This document shows, piece after piece, positions 1 through 9,883 of a stretch of DNA of 64,000 nucleotides. Under the pieces are notes generated by a model. The model ran no database searches and was not told the DNA's origin. It saw nothing but the letters and a program-made list of their open reading frames with translations. The position numbers and the translations under genes were made by a program. The first letter of the stretch is position 1, and each line of letters begins with the position of its first letter. Origin of the DNA: Alphaproteobacteria bacterium (GTDB taxonomy: Bacteria; Pseudomonadota; Alphaproteobacteria; GCA-2731375); the NCBI GenBank assembly GCA_965238305.1, contig CBDEHK010000001.1, forward strand, positions 3,034,226 to 3,098,225. The letters are read 5' to 3'.

Positions 1-491
1 AGCATTGCCAGATGGTTCGGGAACTGGATCCGCGCACCACAGCAAGGGAATTTGGTGGCCAAGACAAGATAGCCGAGATATCGCGCCTGGCGATTAGTCG
101 GAACTTCCGCCGCCGGCAGTTTGACGACATTTATGGCGATTCCCATCAGCCAATACCAAACGGCGCAATGCAACGCCTTGAACGCCGCGCGACGCCCAGA
201 CCGTTGATCGTATTGGGTCTTTACGCCGCCTATTACCGCGAATGCAAAATTCAAGGCATCACGCGTTGGTATGCGGCAATGGATCCGGCGCTCGTCAGGC
301 TGTTGGCCAGGTTTGGCATTCACCTTACGCGCATTGGACCGGACAGTGACTATTACGGCAAGGTTGCCCCATACTCCGCCAAGATTGAGCAAATGGAACA
401 AGCTTTATTTCACGATAATCCGAGTTTGCTGCGTGAATTTGCTGAAGGATTATCACCAAATTTAAGACCGCCACAGTTAAGCGGCAGCTAA
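1..491 (+). CDS. 5'-truncated GNAT-fold autoinducer-synthase-family protein (LuxI-like / N-acyl amino acid synthase-like), C-terminal part
   Basis: ORF is open to the window edge. It has an EISRLAI motif followed by a hydrophobic core, which resembles the acyl-HSL synthase family (weak, by eye). Confidence 0.35.
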   Translation, partial: HCQMVRELDPRTTAREFGGQDKIAEISRLAISRNFRRRQFDDIYGDSHQPIPNGAMQRLERRATPRPLIVLGLYAAYYRECKIQGITRWYAAMDPALVRLLARFGIHLTRIGPDSDYYGKVAPYSAKIEQMEQALFHDNPSLLREFAEGLSPNLRPPQLSGS

Positions 492-3149
492 TCGGGCTAA
501 CGCTTCTTTCAGTTTCTCGCGCATCTGATCGGCTTCACCACGGCGTTCCCTTGCCGTCGCAACAACGTCCGCAGGGGCATTGGCGGTGAATTTCTCATTG
601 GTCAGCTTTTGATCCAGGCGGTCGACATCTTGCGATGCCTTATCGATTTCGCGGTTGAGCCGATCCTTTTCTTCCTCAATGTCGATGACATCGGATAATG
701 GCAGCACAATGGTCGCTTCGTCGATAACTGATTGAACGGAACCAGCCGGAATACCACCATCCAAGCGTTCGGCACCCGACAACCGGGCCAATCGCATGAT
801 AACGTCACGATGGTGTTGCAGCCGTGCGGCTGTTTCATCGTCCGCGCCTTTAAGCAGGAGCTGGATTTTCGCACCAGCAGGAATATTCATTTCGGTCCGG
901 ACCGAGCGAATTTCCGATATCAGGCGAATAACCCAATTCATTTCTGTTGCGGCACTGTCGGATGTCAACTTGTCATCATACGTCGGCCAGGCGCTATTAA
1001 TGAGCGGTATATTTTTTTGATAGTCCAGGCGTGCCCAAAGTTCTTCTGTCACAAAGGGCATAAAAGGATGCATCATCCGTAAAATCTGTTCTATTGCCCA
1101 AGCTGCGGTTGCTTGCGTTTCCGATTTAGCCGGACTGTCGTTGTCGTCTTGTAGATAAGGTTTCGCCAGCTCCACATACCAATCACAGAACGTACCCCAA
1201 ACAAAATGATAGACGTCATTGGCCGCTTCGTTGAATTTATAGCTTTCAAGGCCGTTCTCGATCTGTTCAACCGCATTCTTCACAGCACCGACAATCCATC
1301 GATTGACGCTTTGTTCGACGCTTGAAGGGTCGAAATTTTCTTGTGGCGTGCAGCCGTTCATTTCGCAAAATCGTGCCGCATTCCATAACTTAGTACCAAA
1401 ATTCCGGTAACCTTCAACGCGAGATTCAGAAAGTTTGACGTCACGCCCCATCGCCGCTTGCGATGTCAAGGTGAAACGTAGGGCATCTGCACCATACTTA
1501 TCGATAAGTTCCAAAGGATCGATGACGTTACCCTTGGATTTAGACATTTTCTGTCCTTTGGCGTCGCGCACCAAGGCATGGACGTAAACAGTTTCAAAAG
1601 GAATTTCATCCATGAAATGCAGTCCCATCATCATCATTCGGGCAACCCAGAAGAAAATGATGTCAAATCCTGTCACCAACAAGGAAGTCGGGTAATATCG
1701 TGCAAGTTCCGGCGTCTGATCCGGCCAGCCAAGGGTCGAAAACGGCCACAGTGCCGAAGAGAACCAAGTATCTAAAACGTCTTCATCACGGGTCAGCGTA
1801 GCAGTTTTGCCGTAATGTTTGGATGCGAGTTCCAATGCTTCGGATTCCGTTTCGGCAACAAAAACCTCTCCATCTTCGCCATACCAGGCTGGAATCTGAT
1901 GGCCCCACCAGAGTTGGCGGGAGATGCACCAGGGTTGAATATTTCGCATCCACTCAAAATAGGTTTTTTCCCACATTGCTGGGACGAACTTTGTACGACC
2001 TTGCTCCACCGCCTCAATCGCCGGTATTGCAAGGGTTTTTGCGTCCGCATACCATTGTTCGGTCAGCCAGGGTTCAATCGGCACGCCGCCGCGGTCACCG
2101 TAAGGAACCATATGGGTGTGATCGTCAATTTGCGCCAACAGGCCCAGTGCCTCTATATCGGCAACAACGCGGTCGCGGGCTTCAAATCGATCCAGACCAC
2201 GATAAGCTTCCGGTGCGTTTTCATTGATACAAGCAACCTTGTCGAAAATGTTGATCATTTCCAAATCGTGCCGGCGCCCGACTTCAAAGTCGTTAAAATC
2301 ATGGGCTGGGGTAATCTTCACAGCGCCTGATCCTTGTTCCGGATCGGTATAATCATCCGCAACGATAACGAGACGTCGACCGACCAGGGGCAAGATCGCG
2401 TGTTTGCCGAGCAAATGTTTATATCGTTCGTCGTCGGGATGAACGGCAACCGCGGTATCACCAAGCATGGTTTCCGGCCGGGTGGTCGCGACCGTGATAT
2501 ATCGCCCCTCTTCCCCTTCGATCGGGTACTTGAAATGCCAGAGATGACCCTGAATTTCTTTCTGCTCAACCTCCAGGTCCGAAATCGCCGTTTTCAGTTT
2601 CGGGTCCCAGTTCACCAGGCGCATATCTTTGTAAATAAGATTATCGCGGTAGAGAGATACGAAAACTTTTCGCACTGCCTTGGATAAACCATCGTCCATC
2701 GTGAAGCGTTCGCGCGACCAGTCGCAGGAAGCGCCGAGGCGGCGTAGCTGTCCAGTGATGGTGCCACCGGATTCTTCCTTCCATTTCCATACCGTATCGA
2801 TAAAACCTTCGCGGCCCATGCCCTCCCGACTTTCGCCTTTGCTTTCCAGTTGGCGCTCGACAACCATTTGTGTCGCAATGCCAGCATGGTCGGTACCGGG
2901 CTGCCATAAGGTGTCGTTGCCGCGCATCCGTGCCCACCGTATCATGATGTCCTGCAGGGTATTGTTGAGCGCATGCCCCATATGTAGACTACCGGTGACA
3001 TTCGGCGGCGGGATCACGATCGTATAGGGCTTCGCATCGGCTGCTCCACCGCAGCTAAAAGCGCCGGTCGCTTCCCACATTTCGTAAATTCGGCCCTCAA
3101 TCTCTTGGGGCTGATAATGTTTGTCCAACATAGTAATGTTCCATCTCAA
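477..3149 (-). CDS. valS: valyl-tRNA synthetase
   Basis: 890-aa ORF with a HMGH (HIGH-class) motif, KMSKS, an editing domain and a C-terminal coiled coil. Confidence 0.97.
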   Translation of the reverse strand: MRWNITMLDKHYQPQEIEGRIYEMWEATGAFSCGGAADAKPYTIVIPPPNVTGSLHMGHALNNTLQDIMIRWARMRGNDTLWQPGTDHAGIATQMVVERQLESKGESREGMGREGFIDTVWKWKEESGGTITGQLRRLGASCDWSRERFTMDDGLSKAVRKVFVSLYRDNLIYKDMRLVNWDPKLKTAISDLEVEQKEIQGHLWHFKYPIEGEEGRYITVATTRPETMLGDTAVAVHPDDERYKHLLGKHAILPLVGRRLVIVADDYTDPEQGSGAVKITPAHDFNDFEVGRRHDLEMINIFDKVACINENAPEAYRGLDRFEARDRVVADIEALGLLAQIDDHTHMVPYGDRGGVPIEPWLTEQWYADAKTLAIPAIEAVEQGRTKFVPAMWEKTYFEWMRNIQPWCISRQLWWGHQIPAWYGEDGEVFVAETESEALELASKHYGKTATLTRDEDVLDTWFSSALWPFSTLGWPDQTPELARYYPTSLLVTGFDIIFFWVARMMMMGLHFMDEIPFETVYVHALVRDAKGQKMSKSKGNVIDPLELIDKYGADALRFTLTSQAAMGRDVKLSESRVEGYRNFGTKLWNAARFCEMNGCTPQENFDPSSVEQSVNRWIVGAVKNAVEQIENGLESYKFNEAANDVYHFVWGTFCDWYVELAKPYLQDDNDSPAKSETQATAAWAIEQILRMMHPFMPFVTEELWARLDYQKNIPLINSAWPTYDDKLTSDSAATEMNWVIRLISEIRSVRTEMNIPAGAKIQLLLKGADDETAARLQHHRDVIMRLARLSGAERLDGGIPAGSVQSVIDEATIVLPLSDVIDIEEEKDRLNREIDKASQDVDRLDQKLTNEKFTANAPADVVATARERRGEADQMREKLKEALARLAAA

Positions 3150-3280
3150 TTACCAACCGCTACACCGGGTTAAGCCGTCGCAGACACATCAGTATAATTC
3201 AATCGTGATAGGTGAATATTTCGCGCAGGTAAAGTCTGGTGCTGGGAATTTGACAGTTACAAAAGCCATATCCAGGTGGT

Positions 3281-3967
3281 TTATTTTTTTTCGACCTGCC
3301 CTGCAAGCTTGTTGATTTCCCGTTCTACCAAACGTTCGACCAATGGAGGCAGGTTGTCATCCAACCATTCCTTCAGCATTGGTCTCAGCAGCTCCTTGAC
3401 GATATCTTCTAATGTTTTGTTTCCAGCCCCAATGGGGACACCGTGCGATGCGGCAACAGCGCCAGCTAAACTGGCAAACGAACCGGTGGTCTCGACGGCG
3501 GGTTGATTGGATATCAATTCCAAATTTACCGGTTCCGCTGGTTCGGCCGACGATACGGCTTCCGGTTCGGGTTCAGGGGCCGTTTCATTCGTATCCGCGA
3601 TTTCAAATTCGTCCATGGCCGGCGCCGCTTCCTCAAGCGCATCTGTCGAGGTATCGTCTACATCGTCGCTTAATTCTGAGATATCGGTTACTGAACCGTC
3701 GTCATTGACCATGTCAGTGAGTTCCAAAACATCTTCTTCAATTTCGTCGACGGCGTCCGGTGTTTCCTCGAATGCACTTGGTTCCGGCGTAAAATCACCC
3801 AACACATCATCAAGCTCGTCTTCGGTACTATCGTCAACGGGTTCAGCTTCGACAGCATCTTCAACGCTATCCTCCTCGACGTCGCCATCGGAAATGATTT
3901 TGCGAATCGACGCAAGAATCTCTTCCATGGTTGGCTCTTGCTCGCCGTCTTGTGCTTCTTCTGCCAT
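3281..3967 (-). CDS. popZ: pole-organizing protein PopZ homolog (DUF2497)
   Basis: N-terminus EPTMEEILASIRKIISD and C-terminus LEDIVKELLRPMLKEWLDDNLPPLVERLVEREI match PopZ conserved ends. The middle is highly acidic and low-complexity. Confidence 0.85.
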   Translation of the reverse strand: MAEEAQDGEQEPTMEEILASIRKIISDGDVEEDSVEDAVEAEPVDDSTEDELDDVLGDFTPEPSAFEETPDAVDEIEEDVLELTDMVNDDGSVTDISELSDDVDDTSTDALEEAAPAMDEFEIADTNETAPEPEPEAVSSAEPAEPVNLELISNQPAVETTGSFASLAGAVAASHGVPIGAGNKTLEDIVKELLRPMLKEWLDDNLPPLVERLVEREINKLAGQVEKK

Positions 3968-4095
3968 TTGTGCAGCCTTAAAAATACCTTAAGAATCAAC
4001 AATCTATATAGATTTTGTCGAATTCTTCAAGATATTCTCCACTAATTACCAACATACTACGGATTGCGCCGTTTGGTATCATACTTAGTTTGCCA

Positions 4096-5466
4096 CTATT
4101 CCGACGTGGTCTCAACGCCCCACCATTTGTCGCGAGTTTGTTTGGTATGCGCTATTGCGTCATAAACATCGACATCTAAACCTATATTGCTCGCCGTCAA
4201 TAGGCCCATGGCCTCCAACAAACGATAAACCGCAACATATTGATTTCGCTCTGTAATGACGAGCGAAACCCGCGCATCTAACAATTCTTGCTCGGCGTCC
4301 AACACATCCAAGGTGGTGCGGGAACCAACTGCAGATTCTTGCCGAACACCTTCAAGGGCAATTTCATTGGCGCGGATTTGTTCGTGGCGCGCAACAATTT
4401 CAGCACGGTTGGCTTCGTAAACTTCAAAGGCCTGATCGGCCCGTTCAACAACCGCCTGGCGCGTCGTTTCAACATTTATCCGTCGCTGGCTTCTGACTTC
4501 TTTGGCGCGACGTACACCACTATGGGCGGCACCGCCTTGATAAAGCGGGATGACAAGTTGTGCAATTAGAGATTCTTCTTCTGAATCTCGGTCTACAAAT
4601 GTCGAATCGTAAGACCTAGAAACACTCCCAATCAAATCGAATGTTGGTAGCAGGCGACCAAATGCAGCGTCTGTGGCATGTCCGGCTGCAGTCTCTGCTT
4701 CTTGCGCCGCAAGTAAATTCGGGTTGTTCTTGACCGCAACCTCAATAGCTTGTTCGGAAGATTTTGGTAGTTCGGGGAATTCAACCACCTGCTCAAGTTC
4801 GGTTGGCGCCTGTCCAACAACACGAAAATAAGTTGCCCTGACGACCGCCAAGTCGCCCTGTGCGGAAACCCGGTCGGCGACGGCGCGGCTCAAACGGGCT
4901 TCCGACTGCGCAACATCGGTGCGGGTCACTTCGCCGACTTCGAAGCGATCTTTTGAAGCCTCCAATTGGCGTTGCAGGACGCGCTGATTGCCCCGCGTCA
5001 GTTCCACGCGCGCCGTATCCCGAACGACATCCAGATAGGCAACGGCAGCATTCGCTAAGATTGCATTTTCCACCGCCAGCAATTCAGCTCGTCGAACGTC
5101 GACGACACTTTCGGCTTCTTTCACACCCGCTTCGGTTTGCCCGCCGGCATAAAGTGATTGCGACAAACGTAATTCACCCGAATACGGCATTGTGCTGTCA
5201 CTAGTCCGGGTATTAGAAGTTTTGAATCCATTATGCTCTGTTCCCAGGCTACCAATGGCGGAAACAGTGGGACGCCAGCCGGACATGGCGCCAGCGATAT
5301 CTTCGTTAGCGATCCGCAAAGCCGCCCGCGAGGCATCGATTTCCGGGTTGGTATTGTACGCTGACGCCAATGCGTCGTTCAAACTTTCCGCCGACAGCGG
5401 TGAAGCCACAGCCATGGCCAATCCAATGGTCGCGGCAAGCCAAGATTTATCACTAAAATATTTCAT
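4096..5466 (-). CDS. tolC: TolC-family outer membrane efflux protein
   Basis: Signal peptide, 456 aa, tandem-repeat coiled-coil/beta architecture typical of OEP family. Confidence 0.85.
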   Translation of the reverse strand: MKYFSDKSWLAATIGLAMAVASPLSAESLNDALASAYNTNPEIDASRAALRIANEDIAGAMSGWRPTVSAIGSLGTEHNGFKTSNTRTSDSTMPYSGELRLSQSLYAGGQTEAGVKEAESVVDVRRAELLAVENAILANAAVAYLDVVRDTARVELTRGNQRVLQRQLEASKDRFEVGEVTRTDVAQSEARLSRAVADRVSAQGDLAVVRATYFRVVGQAPTELEQVVEFPELPKSSEQAIEVAVKNNPNLLAAQEAETAAGHATDAAFGRLLPTFDLIGSVSRSYDSTFVDRDSEEESLIAQLVIPLYQGGAAHSGVRRAKEVRSQRRINVETTRQAVVERADQAFEVYEANRAEIVARHEQIRANEIALEGVRQESAVGSRTTLDVLDAEQELLDARVSLVITERNQYVAVYRLLEAMGLLTASNIGLDVDVYDAIAHTKQTRDKWWGVETTSE

Positions 5467-5526
5467 CTTTACTCCAACGCACCCGATTTATTGGGTGTCA
5501 TTTAATATATCTCTGACATCAGTCGA

Positions 5527-6204
5527 TCAAAAAGCGAATTCAGCCTCAACCTCAAATCCCGGTAACTGGGCCGTCATGGCATCGAATAGTATCCGTCTTG
5601 CAACGGTTTCGCCACTTCGTTCGTAAAACACCACCTGTCCGACTTGGCCGGAACGTTCGACGGTTAGTATTCGACCGTCGTCTTTCAACTGTGCCAGCAA
5701 AACTTCTGATGGTTTTGGAATGGCGCCGTTGACAAAAATCAGATCAAATGGCCCCTGGTCGGCTAAACCTTCCGCCATTGGTCCAGCTACCAACGCGGCA
5801 TTATCGATGCCCAATTCGTTCAAGGTGTCATTGCCTTCTTCGACCAGACTTTCAACCGCCTCCAGGCCAACAACAGTGCCGGCCAGTTGCGCCAAAACCG
5901 CGGTGGAATACCCCAATGCCGCTCCGATATCCAGGACCAGGTCGTCGCGATTGATTTCCGCCAATTGTAGCATGCGGGCGAAGATCATTGGTTCCAACAA
6001 GAAGCGGCCTTTGCCTATTTCCAGCTCTTCATCGATATAGGCAACGCCGATCATCGATTTAGGTACAAATCGTTCCCGCGCCACTGCCAACAAAGCATCC
6101 GAAACGCGTTCATCCGTAACCTTATTGGTCAGAACCTGACTATTCACCATGTTTGCACGCCGTGCGGATAAATCATTCATATTCTTGGTCACATCCAAGT
6201 TCAA
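5527..6204 (-). CDS. pcm: protein-L-isoaspartate O-methyltransferase
   Basis: SAM-binding motif VLDIGAALGYSTAVLAQL. The size fits PCMT. Confidence 0.85.
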   Translation of the reverse strand: MNLDVTKNMNDLSARRANMVNSQVLTNKVTDERVSDALLAVARERFVPKSMIGVAYIDEELEIGKGRFLLEPMIFARMLQLAEINRDDLVLDIGAALGYSTAVLAQLAGTVVGLEAVESLVEEGNDTLNELGIDNAALVAGPMAEGLADQGPFDLIFVNGAIPKPSEVLLAQLKDDGRILTVERSGQVGQVVFYERSGETVARRILFDAMTAQLPGFEVEAEFAF

Positions 6205-6392
6205 AACTTCGATAACATCGCCTCATGTTATATGGTGCTATTCGATGGAACTCAATCGAACTTTAGTGTTCATTCCAAGATAGAAATAGTGCAATTGGGC
6301 CGTTGACCGCAAGCAACAAGCGAAGTAAGTAACGGTCTCTCCGACTAAGTATCCGGAATGACCGTCATGGTCAGGCAGGATGACGAAGCGCC

Positions 6393-6466
6393 GGCGCGGT
6401 GGCGGAGTGGTTACGCAGCGGCCTGCAAAGCCGTGAACACCGGTTCGATTCCGGTCCGCGCCTCCA
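6393..6466 (+). tRNA. tRNA-Cys (GCA)
   Basis: 74-nt cloverleaf ending CGCGCCTCCA with anticodon loop CUGCAAA. Close to the E. coli tRNA-Cys sequence. Confidence 0.92.
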
Positions 6467-6504
6467 ATATTTTTCGGAAATTTCCAGGCTGATAGGATTA
6501 ATAC

Positions 6505-6771
6505 CTAGTGGGGCGATCTTCGCCGGGCCCGCCATTTTCGACGCAACCGGACATCGAAACGGCGTCGAAAGCGGCGAATTTTGGGACTATCATATGATAG
6601 AATAACGATCCCAAGTGGGATCATCCAAAATCCAAGTACAGGCAAAAAGCCAAGAAATCCGCCAAATATCAAGGCTACGCCACAGATGATGCGGAGCCAT
6701 TTTGGGTACCGCATAACGCGCCTTCGCAAGCGAACAAAAAAAGATTCGCTTGGCGGCGAACGCTCATCCAT
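6505..6771 (-). CDS. small inner-membrane protein, PGPGW/YbaN-like
   Basis: 88 aa with two TM helices around an LPVLGFWMIPLG motif and an Arg-rich tail. Confidence 0.4.
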   Translation of the reverse strand: MDERSPPSESFFVRLRRRVMRYPKWLRIICGVALIFGGFLGFLPVLGFWMIPLGIVILSYDSPKIRRFRRRFDVRLRRKWRARRRSPH

Positions 6772-6841
6772 TGCGGTTTCTCATCATAATTCGAAATCAG
6801 GATGGTCAGAAATAATTGCGTTTTCTATGTGGTCTCAGCGA

Positions 6842-7285
6842 TTATTTGCCGAATTTAGCGACGAATGCAGCTGATTCTTCGTCATCAAACGGCAGCGAAA
6901 TGTCGTTTTCTTCCAGCCATCCCTCGACTTCAACGGTGTGATCTTCATCATAGATATACCAGATGATCTCACCATTTGCCGCCACATATGCAGGTCCGTC
7001 AAAACGGTGACGCATGCCGTCCCAGGCCCAACCTTTGTCGCCATTTGCGCGTTCCAACGCCGGCCCACCTTCGCGGTGCATTTTGCCGTTTAGCCACCAT
7101 TCAACGGTGCCATTGGGATGAATGACCGCCGGACCATCATCGCGATGGGGCAGGCCGTCGATATACCACTTCTTTGTACCATTCGGCCATTCTACCGCCG
7201 GACCATCCTCGCGATGCAAAACATCATTGAGATACCAGCCCTTGCTGCCGTCCATATCGACCTTACAAATCGGCTTGTCAGACAT
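6842..7285 (-). CDS. MORN-repeat protein
   Basis: Repeated W(Y/W)xxGxxHRxDGPA units. Confidence 0.8.
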   Translation of the reverse strand: MSDKPICKVDMDGSKGWYLNDVLHREDGPAVEWPNGTKKWYIDGLPHRDDGPAVIHPNGTVEWWLNGKMHREGGPALERANGDKGWAWDGMRHRFDGPAYVAANGEIIWYIYDEDHTVEVEGWLEENDISLPFDDEESAAFVAKFGK

Positions 7286-7423
7286 CCTGAAAAAACTCCT
7301 GTCGCGACTGCCCAGAATCGAGTGTTCAAATTATACGTATTTTCATCCAAGTCAAAACCATTTATCAGCGACCTAACTTGCTTAATCATTCAATTAAAGA
7401 CAAGAATACAATGTGAAACCTAA

Positions 7424-8488
7424 GTGCAACAGTGCGGGGTGACAGATATGACGCAACAATTAACTATATTGAAAGTGGCTTTGACAGTTTGCGTATTGGC
7501 GATTTTGACTGCTTGTGCAACGAAGGAGCCGGCCAAGGCGCCGGTATCGGATAAAGCCTCGCCGCCGAAAAAGTCCATCGAGAAAATTCGTTATCCATTA
7601 GCCCTTCCAGCAGATAGCTTGATCGAAGCGAATGTCACCGAATATCCATGGAGTGCTTTCGGGCGCGTAAATGTCGGCGGGCGAGAGTTTTGTAACGGGA
7701 TGTTAATTTCTGCACGACATGTCCTGACCGAGGCTCGGTGCCTTTACAATCGCGATGATCAACGTTGGTGGGGGAAATCCTGGATTCATTTTGTTGCCGC
7801 CTATCAGCGCGAGGATGTACGTATCAATTCCGGCATCATAAAATTCGCCGTTTCCGAGAATTATAAACCTAACCGGAAACTTGTCTTCGGTGGGTTGAGC
7901 GAAAGTTGGGCGATTTTGGAGCTCGAGGAATCGCTCGGTAATCAAGTTGGTTGGCTTGGTCTCAGTTGGTACGACGACGTCATTGAAGATCAAAATTTAC
8001 GCGGTAATGTTAGTATTCTACAAGCTGGGTATAGTGCCGGAAAGCCTCATGCATTGAGCTTGGAAACTAACTGCAATCAAGTAACGTCAGGATGCCGTGG
8101 TGGCGCACGCCATGCTGGTCTGGTCCCCCTCGCCCACGACAGAATTATGTTTTTGGGTTTTCCGAGCCGGCAAAAACTTAACGCAGATAGCAACAACACG
8201 CGAAAACAAAATTTTGAGAACGGCTTACGAGAAGTAAATTTGGGTGTCGACGAAGCGGGACGGGCAAGTCGCGCGGGCGGTAAATTGCCGCGCCAATCGT
8301 TGGCAATGCTGCTTCGGTTTCTTGGTTACATTCAAGCCAATAATCTGACCCCGAGCGATGCCGAACTCAAGTCGGCGATCGAGCATTTTGAAGAAACTGA
8401 GGGTCGATCCGTACGCGGGGAACTTTCCTTGGAAACCCTAAGCCGCTTGCTTGATGCCCTGCTAAGGGCGCAGTCGCGGGTAAGTTAA
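7424..8488 (+). CDS. lipoprotein with trypsin-like peptidase fold and C-terminal peptidoglycan-binding domain
   Basis: Lipobox LTAC. It has a His-containing ISARHVLTEARC motif but no GDSGG serine motif. C-terminal PG_binding_1-like helices. Start probably at the M of MTQQL (7448). Confidence 0.55.
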   Translation: MQQCGVTDMTQQLTILKVALTVCVLAILTACATKEPAKAPVSDKASPPKKSIEKIRYPLALPADSLIEANVTEYPWSAFGRVNVGGREFCNGMLISARHVLTEARCLYNRDDQRWWGKSWIHFVAAYQREDVRINSGIIKFAVSENYKPNRKLVFGGLSESWAILELEESLGNQVGWLGLSWYDDVIEDQNLRGNVSILQAGYSAGKPHALSLETNCNQVTSGCRGGARHAGLVPLAHDRIMFLGFPSRQKLNADSNNTRKQNFENGLREVNLGVDEAGRASRAGGKLPRQSLAMLLRFLGYIQANNLTPSDAELKSAIEHFEETEGRSVRGELSLETLSRLLDALLRAQSRVS

Positions 8489-8581
8489 TCCCCGGGGCGC
8501 GCGTCAAATTTTTAGTGTCTGCCAGTCACCGCGAAGGGTTGGGGGCCTAGTCGGTCGGCTATTTTCCCGATCCCATCAACA

Positions 8582-9517
8582 TTGTTGTTTGCTAGCGCTA
8601 GACAAACGATCAGCTTATGCGGTTCTGTTGATAATAATTCACCACTGACTGGAGAAAATGGTTTGGAATCGATTGTTTTCATCGTCGTGCTGGCGGCGGC
8701 GGTCATGCACGCGACTTGGAATGCTCTTGTCAAAGTGTCCGGCGATCGGTTGTTTTCAATGGCCGTGATGATGATTACGCATACCGTTATCGCGGCGCCT
8801 TTTGTTTTTTATTTCGGATTGCCCGACCCTGATGCCTGGATATGGATAGGCTTGTCTGTCGTAATTCACCTATTTTACTATTTTGGCGTAATCTATCAGT
8901 ACCGGTACGGCGACCTGAGTTACGTCTATCCTATGTCGCGCGGGTCGGCGCCGCTGTTGGTCTGCTTAATCGCCTATCTGTATATCGGCGAAAGCCTGAC
9001 GTCGACAGGAATCGTCGCTATTATCGTTATATCACTCGGTATTCTGGTACTTGCTCTGCCACATCGGTTAAAATTTACATTCCCGGGTAAGGCGACCTTG
9101 GCGGCAATGTTCACTGCTCTCACAATCGCCGGATATACCATGGTCGACGGCATTGGCGGCCGCACGGACCCTCAGGTATTTCGCTATATCGCCTGGCTTT
9201 TTGTTCTTGAAGGTTGTCCACTTTTAGTCTTCATGTTGTGGCGGCGGAACAAAATGCAGTTGGTGGAGGCGTGGCGATCCGTCGGCGTTAAGAGTGTGCT
9301 TGGTGGAGTTTTGTCAACTGCGGCTTATGCGCTGGTTATTTGGGCCATGTCGACGACGCCGCTAGCCGCAGTATCGGCGTTGCGTGAGACAAGTGTGATC
9401 ATTGCGGCTTTGATCGGCACATATCTAATGAAAGAATCTCTCGGTCCACGCCGGATTGCGGCTTCAGCCCTGGTCACCATCGGCATTATCATTTTGCAGG
9501 TAGCTGGAAGAAACTGA
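8582..9517 (+). CDS. DMT/EamA-family transporter
   Basis: 10-TM duplicated EamA-like hydrophobic profile. The true start may be downstream. Confidence 0.7.
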   Translation: MLFASARQTISLCGSVDNNSPLTGENGLESIVFIVVLAAAVMHATWNALVKVSGDRLFSMAVMMITHTVIAAPFVFYFGLPDPDAWIWIGLSVVIHLFYYFGVIYQYRYGDLSYVYPMSRGSAPLLVCLIAYLYIGESLTSTGIVAIIVISLGILVLALPHRLKFTFPGKATLAAMFTALTIAGYTMVDGIGGRTDPQVFRYIAWLFVLEGCPLLVFMLWRRNKMQLVEAWRSVGVKSVLGGVLSTAAYALVIWAMSTTPLAAVSALRETSVIIAALIGTYLMKESLGPRRIAASALVTIGIIILQVAGRN

Positions 9518-9604
9518 CGAAAAAGATAATTTCTCTCTTTCCCCCGCAACGATGATTTGCTATTAGGCGATCCGTTGATGTAATACTCAGCAGAACCATA
9601 CTGA

Positions 9605-9680
9605 TCCCCGGTAGCTCAGTTGGTAGAGCAGGTGGCTGTTAACCACCTTGTCACTGGTTCGAGTCCGGTCCGGGGAGCCA
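9605..9680 (+). tRNA. tRNA-Asn (GTT)
   Basis: 76-nt cloverleaf with anticodon loop CUGUUAA and a 7-bp acceptor stem UCCCCGG/CCGGGGA. Confidence 0.92.
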
Positions 9681-9688
9681 AATCAAAA

Positions 9689-9720
9689 GGCCAACTTCGT
9701 AAGACGTTGGCCTTTTTTGG
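9689..9720 (+). terminator. rho-independent terminator after tRNA-Asn
   Basis: GGCCAAC-loop-GTTGGCC hairpin followed by TTTTTT. Confidence 0.8.
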
Positions 9721-9883
9721 TTTCAAACAAAGCTTGGTCCTTCGAGTGGCCGTCTTTTTGGTTGATCTCCCGACAGGTCATAACGAATTGAAAACCTTTT
9801 CAAATTAGAATGCGCTAAAGCGCAACGATTACAAATGGCGATAATGCTAATTTGTCAGATTTAGAACAAACTATCATGCCAGA

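Noticed and set aside
602-3027. Multiple 60-170-aa ORFs on both strands inside valS
   Set aside because: They are nested within a highly conserved 890-aa gene and have no independent support.
6581-6874. 97-aa plus-strand ORF
   Set aside because: It overlaps the minus-strand PGPGW-like membrane protein, which has a clear TM pattern. The plus-strand frame is basic low-complexity.
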